A DNA stretch of 63,944 nt, counting the filler, from Craspedostauros australis (Eukaryota): NCBI GenBank assembly GCA_030167865.1. It is 8 parts of 8 records of this genome, joined end to end, with 100 filler letters (N's around TTAATTAATTAA, not from the genome) between each part and the next. Parts side by side here need not be neighbours in the genome. Positions count along the whole stretch, not along the records: positions 1 to 9,169 come from JALAGF010004292.1; positions 9,270 to 27,249 come from JALAGF010004295.1; 6 more parts are not named here. One strand, given 5' to 3'. Made by a program: the position numbers and the translations under genes. Under the pieces are notes generated by a model. That model was not told the DNA's origin. It saw nothing but the letters and a program-made list of their open reading frames with translations, and did not search any database. This document shows, in pieces, positions 1-12,300 of the stretch. The stretch's first letter is position 1; each line of letters opens with the position of its first letter.

Positions 1-257
1 GGGCGGCGCAACAGACGATGTTCTTTGGGGATCTATCCAACAGTACGAGCTAGTCTGGAGGAATGACAGGACGGACCTCCTGGATCTGGATCGCGCTTTG
101 ACCTTGTACTTGCTGGACTGCATGGCTTTGGGCACGTGGTTGACGGCAGGCGGCAATGATGGAAAACAACTAATCGAAGGATGCTCTCGGACGATACTCA
201 TCTCATGCAAAAGTATTCTACGAACTAGAATGCCTTTCTCCTTGGTGCAGCCGATGA

Positions 258-2833
258 TCATTCAAAGTCCGTCCTTGGTCCGCACGTCTCCATCTCCGCG
301 TCCCACGCGCAGGATGCCCCACACAGCTCCGCGCCCATCGTTGCATTTGCCACCTCGCCAGGGCTGCCCGTCTCCAGACACTTGTCGCACGATGATGCAA
401 ATCTCGAATCGCCACACCAAACGCATTCTCCATAGTGACATGGATCAGGCCTGGACTCCCAAGATGAGATGCAATCCCCTCCTCCTTGAAAGCAGCAGTT
501 GGTGCAGCAGGAACATGCCACTCGTGCGGCATCTTCTCCATCATCTCTGCAATCAGCGTCAAGCTCGTCTATCAGAGGTTGGTCGCTTCGGCAGAAGATG
601 GGATCCAGGTTTCCAATCAAGTCGGAACCCTCGAGCCACACCTCTTCAAGTTTCTTCATGTTGGCAAACTGCGTCGGCACCGCACCCTGCAGCAACGACT
701 CGCTAAGATGCAGATACCGCATGTTCAGCAGTTGGGCCATCTCCACGGGCAGTGTTCCACCCACCTGGGAATCAATCAGCGATATACGTCCCAACGTCGA
801 CACTTGCCCAATTTCCGTCGGTATGGAACCGCCGATGTCCGTGCCATACACATAGAGGAGTTCAAGCTTCGGAGCGTAGCCGATTTCGGAGGGGATAGTT
901 CCGGAGAACTTGGTATCTCCGACATCAAACTCGAGCAATTCTGGCAGGCTCCCGATAAAGGTGGAGATGGTGCCCTCCAAGAACGGATTGACTTCGACCC
1001 AGATAATTTGCATGTTGTAGAAACAATACGTTTCCATCGGGTACGTCCCAACGAGGGCAAAATGGTTCAACAAGAGCCTCTGAACGGTCCCATCTGTCTC
1101 GTTGCAGAAGATTCCTGCCTCGTCTGCGTCATTCCAGTCACAAATGGATGTGTTTTGTGTCAAGAAATTGAGCTGAGTCGATGGCCAGTTTGGGCCCTCG
1201 GTGGCAAAGTAGAACACCACTGCCGCATACCGTTCGATCAAGTGTCGGAGACTGACGTCGTTCGCGTTTAGTATATCACCAACGCTCAGCTCTGTCGAGT
1301 TGTCACCAGCAACCAATCCGGTGGGAATGTTGTACTGCACCTCATCGATATCGTAGGAAGTGGAGAGCCACTCCATGGCCTTGTACTGTGGAGTGTCAGT
1401 ATCCTCGAATGCTTCACGCTTTGTGAAAGTCGGTGTGTGGCCCAAGATGGGGAGGAGTCTGTCCACATACAGATCCATATTTGGCGCTGTTGGGGAGCCA
1501 GTCGTCGGACTTGCATTGGACGAGTCATCCTGTGAACGGACCAACACGGTGGCCACGAGGCATACTGCGCCAAGTCCGCTGTACAGCATCCGCTTGGATT
1601 GTTGTGCCGATGGTCCTCCTTCAGCCCCTTTCGCCGTTAGCGATGATGCTGTTTTCATCGTCGCGTCAAACATGTCCGCAGAAGAATCAGTCGGTACTTC
1701 CGCGACGGCGACGGCTGACACAGCACCGGAGACCCGTTCCTGCGCCCGTTCCTGGATTTCCAGTTCCATACGCTCATCGAACTGTTGTTGCATCTCCTCT
1801 CTGACGCGGTCGGCGATTTCATCATCGGTTGCCGCCAACGTCGCCGCGATTGGGACCGTCGGCACGCTGGCAAGGTTGTCAGGATTGTCGACTGCCGCTA
1901 CGTCATCACGCATGATGTCTCCAGCTCCGCCGTCACCTCCGTGCAGTCCACTGCCGCTCTCAAAGGCACCTGGAAGGGTGACCCGTTGGCTATGGCGGTT
2001 CAACGGTGGAGGTGCTGGCATGACGGACCCATCAATCGTTGACCCGCTGCTCGTCCTCTGGAGAGTGCCACCCTCGGCATAAAGTCGAGGTAGGCGTGTT
2101 GGAGACGCTTTTGATTGATGTGCTTTCTGGGAGGGACTCGTTTCGGTAGGGATGGTGCGATCCACACTGCACAACTTGGATTGTTGGGAGGTGACGTTCG
2201 ATCGGAGCTGCGGCTGCTTCTTCGGATGATCCTTCGGAAGCTCGCCAGGAATACCCGTAGCTTTGTCTGCATGAGTAGGTTGGCGAGGAAGGGGTTCTGT
2301 GCGATTTGAGAGAAGCAGGCAGCTCTCCGTTCATCAATCTGGCCGTGAGCAGGCTGCGAAGATTCATCTGCTTGGATGATTCTAAGCACCACTTCCATCT
2401 GGGTCGCTCTTTCCACAGAATGGTGCGCATCTCTTCGTGCCACTTCATTGCTCATGGCTGGGTGATCGGTCAATTCTGCGGGCCTGTTGCACAAGGGATG
2501 CGGTACATGAAACTTGTGGGTACCCATATTTGTCGTTGTCGAGAAACCATACACAAGAAACGGGCATGCCATCAAATAGAACCTTCACGAATGAGACGCA
2601 ACGAATGACGCCGCGGGGCGCAACTCACCTGCTGTATCGCTCGCAGATGAATCATTGGCTTTATCCATCTCGACGCCTGTCCCGATCGGAGTTCCCACTG
2701 TCACTCTCACCGGCGCTTGCAATGGCGTCGTCGTGTCGGTAGGACGAGTACCCTGGCGGTCATCATCATGGTTCGGCTCTTGTGCTGGCTCGGAAGGCGA
2801 TGGTGCTGGTGCTGGTGGCTGCTCGTCGTCCAT
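258..2833 (-). CDS. Diatom-type single-pass membrane LRR protein (~747 aa); proposed exons 2833-2629 and 2296-258
   Basis: Low-complexity N-terminus with PGAF, TM segment LYSGLGAVCLVATVLV, cap motifs PQYKAMEWL / ERYAAVVFYFATEGPNW / SICDW, plant-type LRRs (SGTIPSEIG, GGSIPTEIG, GGTLPVEM) and a C-terminal ADC...VACSCCTNCC. The GTGAG donor at 2628 (phase 1) joins in frame to a CAG acceptor ending at 2297. The 5' exon model is inferred. Confidence 0.85.
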
Positions 2834-3536
2834 GATGCGCGTGGTTGCAATGGCAGAGACAGGAAGATGTGTGTCCACCTGGCTGGAGCTTGGGGAAAAA
2901 GAGGCGGGGTGATCCTTGTCTGGCTCTTCCTTCGTCTCTTTTGTGGCTCGTGTGTGGTCGCTTTGTCGTCTTCGTTGCTTCTGCGTGATCCCCTCGCTCC
3001 GTTCTCTCCACAAAGCCGCTGGCTGATGGCGACGAGGGTGCTCGTGCGTCCCAGCGCAGGTTTGCGGGAGGGATGTGGCGGACGTGGCTGATGATTACGA
3101 GCAAGGGCGGTTTGGACCTATTTTGTTGGCGCGCCGGTGTCTTTTGTGACTGAAAGAGGCTAAAAACTCTGCCAAGGAACTCCAAAACCACCGCGCTGGC
3201 ATAGCCGCTTTCGTTGACGAATCATAGTCTTCCGCGTGGCATTCGGAGCGGAGGCGAGCACAAAGAACAAGCAAGACATCGAAAGAACGCGAACATCTCT
3301 CCAGTCAACGAAGAGGAAATGTCAATGGATGACGTTGTTCGTCACGAAAAATGATATCTGGCCATGACTGGCGCGTGCGTCTTTTTGTCAACATCTTCCG
3401 CGGACTGCGCGTAGTGCGTGTGGAGTCAATCAGTCAGGCATCCATGGAGTGTCACGATGCTTCCTAGCAATGTGTTCCACTCATGGATTATCTACCTCCA
3501 CATGTTCCGGACTACTCTAAGAGGACTGCACATGAA

Positions 3537-4253
3537 TCATCCCATCCCACTGCATTGGCTCCCGTACGTCAGCGCATCCATCAGTACTATGGTGTGTTTG
3601 GCGTCATGAAATGCATCCTCGGGCCAAGAAGATTCGAGGGCTGGAAGTTGGAGATGACCCCGTTTGGTGTCTGTCGTGGGATGGACTGGTCTCGGCAGTC
3701 GGTGCGTATTAATACTCCGCGCACGGCAACCTGGATTTCTGGGAGGCACGATGGACCTCATCCTCGGGTGGTGCGTGGGAGGCTTGTCCGGAGTGGGTCT
3801 ATCCACCGACCTGAGCGAAGACTCTGCCCTTTGGTCTGCAAGAGGAATCTCGCCATCTCCATCTTCCAGTTCGTGGGTGGCCTGCGAAGAGTCTTCCGGA
3901 GCCATGGTCCAGAGAATGTCTTCATCCAGCATTGCTCTTTCCTTGGGCTGATGGGTTTCGATGGATTCATGATACACCAACTTTGCTGGCGGTTCACATC
4001 AGAAGCATCTGGTTGATGGTCGGTGGAGTGATGCGGTGGCAGCAAATGACGCGACGATGGATGGCCCAGCACCATCGCCGTCGCCGCCAGGCACCGGGGA
4101 CTGCGAGACTGTGTCCGCAGCAACTCCGATTCCGATCAGAGTCGCCACTGGCACCGTCATCAGTCTCGTAGTACTGGTGGCATCTTGGCGCTCATCGCCT
4201 GTGCCGATCCTGGAAGGCGACTCCGGTGACTCCGGTGGCTGTTGTTCGATCGT
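3537..4253 (-). pseudogene. Degenerate 5' fragment paralogous to the N-terminus of the LRR gene
   Basis: EQQPPE..DERQDATSTT..VPVATLIGIGV aligns with DEQPPA..DDRQGTRPT..VTVGTPIGTGV. The start ATG is replaced by ACG (4253-4251), there is an in-frame TGA near 4000, and no TM/LRR part follows. Confidence 0.6.
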
Positions 4254-4802
4254 GATTCGTACTGCGGGTAGCTTGCATTGTGGTATGGTAATTGTACGTA
4301 TGCTTCAGACGGTGGAGAGTCCAAGTAATGGCAGAGCGTCGCAATGAAGAGCTGTGGATTTCTCCATACGCAAGACTGTGCGTATGACACGAGCACAAGT
4401 ACGAGATGCTTGTGAGTTCTCTCCTTCGCTCATCCTCGTGTGTTGTCTTCTGTTGGCCGACAACAACAACGACAACAAATGGATTGATCTGAAGTGAATG
4501 CTCTGCGAAAAGATGAGTCTCGTGGAGTCGAGGAGATCGGCAATGACCAGAAAAGGTTGTCCACCATCCAATGCCAATCACCATGTTCAAGATGACGTCA
4601 TTCTGTACAACGCGAACGCCGACAAGGCGATCAGCCACTTTGGGGCCATCACTGGTACCATCACTGGGTATCATCCATCCAACAGCACCATGCAACCTCG
4701 CTCTTGTGTGGATCACCTCTGGTTCATCAACTGTATCACGCAGATTCATCTCGATTTATCCTGATTCCTCTCTCTCTCTCTCTCTTGTCATCGACCAACA
4801 AC

Positions 4803-5582
4803 ATGATGCGCATCGCACCAGTGTTTGCCACTCTGGCTCCATTCACTGTCGTGTCCGCGACGGTTGGATCCACTGCCGGTTCGATTCCTGGGCTTGCTGC
4901 TGCCATCAATGACTCAACGCAGTCATCATCATTGGCATCCTCAGCAGCGGCCGCATCCTTCACACGCGGTCTTTTCACGCACGCCCAACTTCTGCTAGCG
5001 AAACAAACAGCGACAGCTAGCAGGTCGACGTCGTCTTCCTCAGCGTGGTCGCTTCAGAAGGCCCTCCTTTCCACACGAGGTGGAGGCGATGAACCCGCAA
5101 CGGCAGAAGGACAGCAGCAGTACGAAACCTTGGCATCGCCTGCCCCCGGATCGCCATTCCACTACGCATTTCCCGTCCACGATCTGGACCTCGCCAAGGA
5201 CTTCTACGGCAACGTTCTGGGATGCGTCGAGGGCCGCAGCTCGGAGAAGTGGCAGGATTACAGCCTGCACGGGCATCAGATTGTGGCGCACTGGGTCGGC
5301 AGCGACTACAGGTGCAAGGACTACTACAACCCGGTCGATGGTGACGAGGTCCCCGTGCCTCATACCGGATTGGCGCTGACCGTGGAACAGTTCCACGATC
5401 TGGCGGATCGACTGAAGCAGGCCGGCATCGAATTCATCATCGAGCCGCACCTGCGCTTCCAAGGGATGCCGGGTGAGCAGTGGACGATGTTCTTCAAGGA
5501 TCCATCGGGAAACAACCTGGAGTTCAAGGCCATGACGAAGCTCGAGAACCTCTTCGCGAAGTACAACGTTGTTGACAAGTGA
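4803..5582 (+). CDS. VOC/glyoxalase-family protein (COG3565-like predicted extradiol dioxygenase) with an N-terminal targeting extension
   Basis: PFHYAFPVHDLDLAKDFYGNVLGCVEGRS, GHQIVAH, VDGDEVPVPH, EPHLRFQGMPGEQWTMFFKDPSGNNLEFK; hydrophobic N-terminus and an RGG motif before the domain; intronless. Confidence 0.9.
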   Translation: MMRIAPVFATLAPFTVVSATVGSTAGSIPGLAAAINDSTQSSSLASSAAAASFTRGLFTHAQLLLAKQTATASRSTSSSSAWSLQKALLSTRGGGDEPATAEGQQQYETLASPAPGSPFHYAFPVHDLDLAKDFYGNVLGCVEGRSSEKWQDYSLHGHQIVAHWVGSDYRCKDYYNPVDGDEVPVPHTGLALTVEQFHDLADRLKQAGIEFIIEPHLRFQGMPGEQWTMFFKDPSGNNLEFKAMTKLENLFAKYNVVDK

Positions 5583-6099
5583 TTTTGATGTCCGATGATT
5601 GATGGCCGCTCTGCTATTATACTGGGGCAGACAGATATGGACATCTCTCTCTCTCTCTCTCCTTCTCTCCATCCGTTTGATTTGAGAACGCAATTGGTTG
5701 TCATTGCGCTGCGTTGTGCTGCACTCGGGTGCGTCGTGAGCATCGTGGTCCTGGTAGAAAGGGCAGAGCTGCCGACCAACACACTGAACATCAGAGCGAA
5801 AGAATGAGCATGAGCGTGGTCGTCGAAGCGAGACGTCTGCTGTGAGAGATTGTGAGATACCTTGCACATGCATACTCATAGATCTGCCGCGCCGTCTCAA
5901 ATACAGAAACTGCTTGCACTAACCATCCCCAAAGAAAGCAATCCATTCGTAGAGCATCATGCCACACCATGCTATTTGATTCTCATAGCTCGTTGGAGCA
6001 TTATGTCGTTTGCCCGCTCTTCTCGTGCTGTCATCGCGCAAGCATAGATACACCTATATATCCACGCATGCATGCACACGCATGTGGCCGCTGATGAGT

Positions 6100-7037
6100 T
6101 TAGAAACCACGCGGGATTCGCACATCTGCAATACGTCTCGCCATCCAATGCGCAAGCTGTCCGGAAGAGCTTCGGGTCAGAGTCACATCTACGAGACCAT
6201 CCCAATCAACCGTCTCCTGGCACTTGTCGCACGAAGGTGCGTATCTCAAGTCGGCGCGCCAGACGCATTCTCCGAAATCGCACGGATCGTATCTGAAGAA
6301 AAAGCAGACGCCGTGCGATCCTCTGCAATGGTGCAGCAACTGAAGCAACAGGAGCGCGCTACTGGTGATGCAACTTCTTCGTTGTCACCACCGTCAGCCG
6401 CAAAGCACGGGACCCGACCCAGACTTCAAGAAATCGGCACACGAGGGGATCCTTGGATGCAGCTGGGATTGTGAGCACAGGTGCCGGATTGGTCGCAGCG
6501 GTGGCAATCACGATGCTGTCATGCACGATGGTGTCACTTTCGCTATCACTGCTGCAAATGTGCATGCCTTCCTAAATGGCACATGGACGAGCTGCGCGGT
6601 GATTGCCGCAGCTTATGGATTAATGGCCTGGCATGCGGGGTTGGTCTGCCGTGGAATCATTTGCAATCGTTTCGAGTGCGTCGGTTGTCGCCGAAGATCC
6701 GCCACGAGATGCCGTGGTTGATTGAATTGGACATAATTCCTGCAAAACATCTCTCTGCGCTTGAGCCTTGTGGTCCATTTCTGTAAGCGTGTATGGTTCG
6801 AAGGGCGGCAGTGGTTGCCGTCGGGCCTGCGCCAAATGGTCTTTGTGAGGCTCCAGCATAGCAGGCGCGAAGGGATGTGGCGCCGCGACGGTCCATGGAC
6901 CTGCTTCTCCAAGAGGTCCGGGTGTTCCAATCACTGCCCCCCTGTTGATGGAGTGTAGCGCTCGTCATCGGCATCTGGTTGCTTTGCTGGCTCCAAAGAT
7001 GCTGATGACGATGAGTTCGGTGCCGCTTCTCGGCCAT
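6100..7037 (-). pseudogene. Internally deleted, frameshifted paralog of the LRR gene
   Basis: Keeps the N-terminal piece SASLEPAKQPDADDER (cf. SPSEPAQEPNHDDDR) and the C-terminal pieces AADGGDNEEVASPVARSCCFSCC and DPCDFGECVWRADLRYAPSCDKCQE (cf. DPCHYGECVWCGDSRFASSCDKCLE), in different frames. No LRRs. Confidence 0.7.
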
Positions 7038-7816
7038 GGCGAGAGCAGATCGGTTGATACAGGGAGACATATGGTACGCAGAAGGAGGGGAGCACTTCAA
7101 AGTGAGGAAAGGGTGAGGAAAGGGTGAGGAGTTCATGTGTGCCAACGTCGACTTCTCTCCCTCCTTGCAACGCTGTGTTGGCGCTGGCTTGACCCATGCC
7201 AGCAACCCTCGTTTCTCCCTCGCATTGGTGCGCGTGCTCTACGACTATGAATCGCACCCGTATCCGAAAAAGATCATTCGGCGAGAAAGCATCGATGAGG
7301 CGTGTGTCGGCGTTGGGAAACACTTTCGAGGATACGATGAGAATACAATCGCAACGCTCCAGGTTGTTCATCCTTACTGGCGCGAGTTGCGTCAAACGTT
7401 ACTGATACGAGTAAGCCACGACAGGACACCACACAGCTAACCAACCCCCATTGCTTCGTTGCGGATTCTCCGTGACCTTTGCAGTGGTACTGGTACGGTG
7501 CTGCGCATCGTTCCAGCGTTTCCAGCTGCTCTTTCAGCCATGACGATTTCACAACAACGATACAGACAGCCAGTCGCGTAGCTTGTGAGTCTCAAGAGCA
7601 TGATGGACTATTCCCTCTCTCTCTCTCTCTTTCCGGAGAGAGGGAGGACTCGAACGAAGACGGAACTCATGGGACTATCACAATTTCGTCAATTTATTTC
7701 ATGTTATCTGTCGAGTGGAAGTATTATATAATAGAAGGTTTCATGGTTCCCAGAGTGCTGCGCACCATCGTTGCTACTCATTTATCTGCGGCTGAATGTT
7801 GAAGTGATTGCTGTGA

Positions 7817-8347
7817 TTACGCCAGCAGAATGGATTGCAATCGCTTGGATCGGATCATGCGTCGCCACTTCTTGGGAGGCGATGATGAGTGTCTGCGCTT
7901 GGAGAAGGATTGTTTTCCTGACTTCTTCTCCTTCTTCTGTTTGCGTGGCGTTCCTTTTGCAGCACGGGGAAGTTGATTTGAGTGAGATGAAGCGGTACTT
8001 GAATGTGTGATGATGGATTCATCATCGCTGATTGGCTGCGCACAATCGTCAACGCAGAACGTTTGAAGTCTGCTGTTGATGTCCGCGACAGCAATTGGCA
8101 CTGCGATTTGTTGATGGTGCTTGCGTTGCAGCTGCTGAGTCATCGTCTTCGCTTTCTTCTCGATCTCCAGCGCCTCGATTTCAGCGTTGAGGCTGTTGTA
8201 TTGGCTCTTCAATGACAGAATCTTGTTACGAAGATCGTCGTTCGTCGTGTTCATGGAATGGGCGTGCGCTTGGATGGCGTTGGCGGCGAGCTTGGCGTTT
8301 TGGATGTCAGCAAAAAGACTGTTGAAGTGATGGTTGGTGGATGTCAT
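7817..8347 (-). CDS. Hypothetical protein with a coiled-coil and a basic C-terminus (176 aa)
   Basis: ATG after an A/C-rich leader; heptad-like NDDLRNKILSLKSQYNSLNAEIEALEIEKK; K/R-rich tail. No family recognised. Confidence 0.5.
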   Translation of the reverse strand: MTSTNHHFNSLFADIQNAKLAANAIQAHAHSMNTTNDDLRNKILSLKSQYNSLNAEIEALEIEKKAKTMTQQLQRKHHQQIAVPIAVADINSRLQTFCVDDCAQPISDDESIITHSSTASSHSNQLPRAAKGTPRKQKKEKKSGKQSFSKRRHSSSPPKKWRRMIRSKRLQSILLA

Positions 8348-9169
8348 GGTTGCTTGGATAACTGCAGAGGAGATTTCACGCGGAGTAGTGTGGTGTGGGT
8401 GTGTTGGTTCCTGTTGCTTTTGCTTTTGCTGTAGTTGGATTCGTGTTTTGGTTGATCTTGTTGTGATTTTGTGAGGAAGAAGAGGAGGGGAGGGTGTGTG
8501 TTGTTTGTGTGGATTCTTGTTTTGCGACACAATCCAAAAATTGATGCCGACAAAACTGATGCCAACCACGCATGGCTATGACATCGAGTGTAGATAATTG
8601 ATAGAGTGAGGGCAGGTGGAGTTGGCTCATCGACTCGATACGACCTATTGTATGATCCACATGACCAACGTACGTATAAGAGCAATCGCAAGCACAATCG
8701 TTTCCAATGGACACGCTTGATGGTCACATCGTGGAAACACGATGGACACAGCACTTGCGTGGAAGAGCGAATGAGACTTTGATGTTGTCGCAGTGTGATT
8801 TCCCACGGCGCAACATCTCCAAAGACGGAGTCGTTCGCTTGTTCGCGGAGAGTCCACTGTTGCGCGCAACGTGGTGGAAGCAACGTGACACGATCCGCCC
8901 GTCTGCGCAACGAGTGGGAAAGCATCGTGTGGCCTGCAACCATGTACGATTGCACACGATGCACTTTTGCGTTTACCTCCTCCTCGTATTGCAGTCTGCA
9001 GTGCCCCAAGTATCTTGGACAGCACAATGGGAGTTGTGATGTGGCTATCCACGATATCTCATCTTGGCCGTGAGCGCAATTGGCGGAGATCCCACAGGGT
9101 GCGCAAACGATCAAGGCTGTGAGTGTGCTCATCAACACAATACGGCTCCATGATCGACACACAGGATGG

Positions 9170-9269
9170 NNNNNNNNNNNNNNNNNNNNNNNNNNNNNNN
9201 NNNNNNNNNNNNNTTAATTAATTAANNNNNNNNNNNNNNNNNNNNNNNNNNNNNNNNNNNNNNNNNNNN
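9170..9269. other. Artificial contig linker
   Basis: N44-TTAATTAATTAA-N44, which gives stops in all six frames. Confidence 0.98.
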
Positions 9270-9371
9270 TAGCTCTTCCTCACAAAAAATCACTGATCCT
9301 CCCGGGGAGCTAGTCAACACTAAGGTCGTATTCGTACCCACACCCACACCCACACGCACGGACTACTGACC

Positions 9372-12300
9372 ATGTCTCCAGCTCCAAGCAACAACGCCGG
9401 GTTGCCCCGCGATGGGCAGCTGGACAAATCGCTCAAGACCGTGTCACGCAGCGACGCCATCGACTACTCGGGTGATGATGGCAGCAACAGCAGCAGCAGC
9501 AGCAGCAGTGCCAGGGGTTTCCCAGCCACCTCGAGCACTGGTAACGGAACCACCATGTTCGGTGATCACGAAAGTCATCCTGAATTCAGCACCACCGCCG
9601 ACAGCAACGACGATGAAATGCAGGCCGTTCGCAATGTTGCACGAAAGGATACGTTCCAGGTCCGCTTGTGGCGTCTCGTGACAACAGCAGCATTGCTCGC
9701 AACTGGAGTCACTGTCACTTGGGCGACATACCACGTGAGTGCAGTTCCGATCTGATGCAGTGAAGGGATGAGCAACAAGGCAAGGGAGGAGATGGCAGTG
9801 GGTCTGTCTCTACCAGCGAAGCATCCTTCACACATCCAATATTGGTTTGACGGCGAGTGTGCGACTATGGTGCTCACATATCAGCGTTGCCCATCCGAAC
9901 ACCCTCCATATCTCTACCGCTCTGCTCATATCATCTGCACGGTACGATTTCATCTCACGTCTTGCCTCTCCCTTCTCGAACCATACCACTCGTACGAGCC
10001 TGTTGCGATTGCGATTTTCTTGCCCTGATCTTCCTTGCCTTCGTCCTTCTGCACATTTGGTTGCCTTTCTTGCTTCCGTCACCTCTCAATCAGTTCCTCG
10101 ATCAACAACAAACAGACACCTTCGAGACAGCGGTAAGTGTGTCGTATCTGGCGGCAGCAAAAGAGGCCAACACTTGTATCGCAGAATACCTAGCGCACAG
10201 CACTGCATCATCATAATGATACCGCTCCGTTCAATTGTCCTTCCCACTCGGCTCGGATGGTACTCAGTAGGGCTCTACGATACTCTATTGTGTACGGACA
10301 CTTGCTCTTAGCACCCACGAGCTCATGGATCTCCTCCAACCTCTGCCTGGATAGCGCATCTCCTTCGCGTTCTAACACTCGTTCACTCTCCGTCTCTCAC
10401 TACTCGGCCAAACACAATCTCCAATGCCCCATACAATTCACACCTCCATACGGCCACGTATCGATACATTCCATACATTCCATACAATCCATACACCAGT
10501 TTGAGCAATTCGCTAGAACTGTTGGAGATGCCGCTGTTGACCAACAGCTCAACCTCCGGCATGCCTACATTGGTCTTGCTAACCACGTGTCGAACTACGT
10601 CGTGAGCACAAACGCAAGTTGGCCGGACGTCACCATCCCGTTCTTCCGAACAACCGCAGAAACGGTCCTGGAGTACTCCGGCACAGAGATTGTGACTCTG
10701 CTTCACATGGTAAAAAACGAAACATACGATGCCTGGGTGGAGCATAGCATCAAGGACCATGGTGCCGTCGTGATGAATGCCAACCTCGAAGAGAATGGCA
10801 ACCTCGACGACTTCACCCCGGCAAACTTTCATCCCTACGTGGCCAAGGTCGACCGCTCTGCGGGCGGTTTCGTGCCGGATTACCCTGGACGAGAACGTAA
10901 GTACGTGCTCTGGGAGTATGCGCCGGCACCATTCGATTTCAGCTTCCTCAACTGGAATGTGATGTCCGCAGAATACCTCGGGACTCCCCTGGTGGGGCGC
11001 AGTCTGGTTGAGCTGAGAACTGAAACTCTGTTCCATTTTGCGGGCACATTCAACAGCTTCGCATTTAAGAAGGAAGAGCATGAAGCGATGCACGCCAGAT
11101 TGCCCGGTTCCAAGGTCAGCCACCCGCACACCTTCGCCTATCACCCAGTGCACGAGGTCGCTTCGGATCCAGACTCCGAAATCGTCGGTATTTTGATTGG
11201 TGTAACAGCATGGGACACTGCCTTGAACCAGCTGCTGCCCAATAACGTGCAGGGAATCACAGCCGTGATTTCCAACACCTGCAACCAAACGTTCACATAC
11301 GAGATTCATGGAGAGTATGCCTACTTCCAGGGATACGGTAAGTGCGAACATCAAATCGCTGGTGTTTCAGCTGGTGTCTTTACACGTTGAAATCAATCTC
11401 TTCGGCCGGCTTCATTTGCGTATGCTTGATTCGCGTACCTGGTAGCCTGCTTTGCTCACCTCAATGTACTATCTACTTGCATCATGTGCTTGTGCGTACT
11501 ATATCTGCTCAACTCCATCCATCCGTCCATTCGAAATGTAATCTCTCCCCATGCATTCATGCCGGTATCTACTCTCTGCTGACGACCTCACTAAATCGAC
11601 CAAATCGAACAAACTACTATTGTACCAGTCGACACACATGATACGAAGTACGACAAATACGAGAAGGTGCGCCTGCTCACAACGTCCGATCATCCGGACT
11701 TCGCCAAGACGCCCGGGCATTGCATCTACACGATGCATATCTACCCATCCAGGCAATTCGAGGAGGCGTACGACACCTTCCTCCCCGAAATATTCGCGAT
11801 CGTCATCTTCTGCGCATTCGTCGCGGTGATTGCGATCTTCTTCGTCTACGACATGTTTGTCAACCACCGCAACGAGAAGCTCATCGAGAATGCCGCGCGC
11901 TCCAATGTCATCGTGTCAACGCTCTTCCCCAGTGCTATTCGAGACCGGCTCATTTCCGACAAGAATACGCACGGCGACACAGCGAACATACGCATCTCCA
12001 ACCTCAAGAGCTTCTTGCATGGAGAGGCGGATGCAAACGCAGGAGCGGGGCAGCCGTTGGCCGACCTGTTCCTCGAGACGACGGTCCTATTTGCTGATAT
12101 TTCCGGCTTTACTGCGTGGAGTTCAGTTCGAGGTGAGTGTGGCAGCACATGGGAACAACAACCGTGACGAAGGGATTGTGGTCATTTTGTATGCAACACT
12201 TCAACTGAGGCGATCTATCCTTTCACTAACCTTCGCATTCATTCCATCATCATCATCACCACCATCGTCATCACCACCATCGTCATCATCATCATGCCCG

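Noticed and set aside
6481..6786. + strand DELRGDCR resembling the LRR C-cap DELDADCR
   Set aside because: Wrong strand relative to the relic and too short; probably chance.
7135..7440. 101-aa + strand ORF ending near a GTAAG donor
   Set aside because: No downstream exon or homology recognised.
9214..9225. TTAATTAATTAA palindrome recurring seven times
   Set aside because: Embedded in N runs; it is a synthetic six-frame stop linker.
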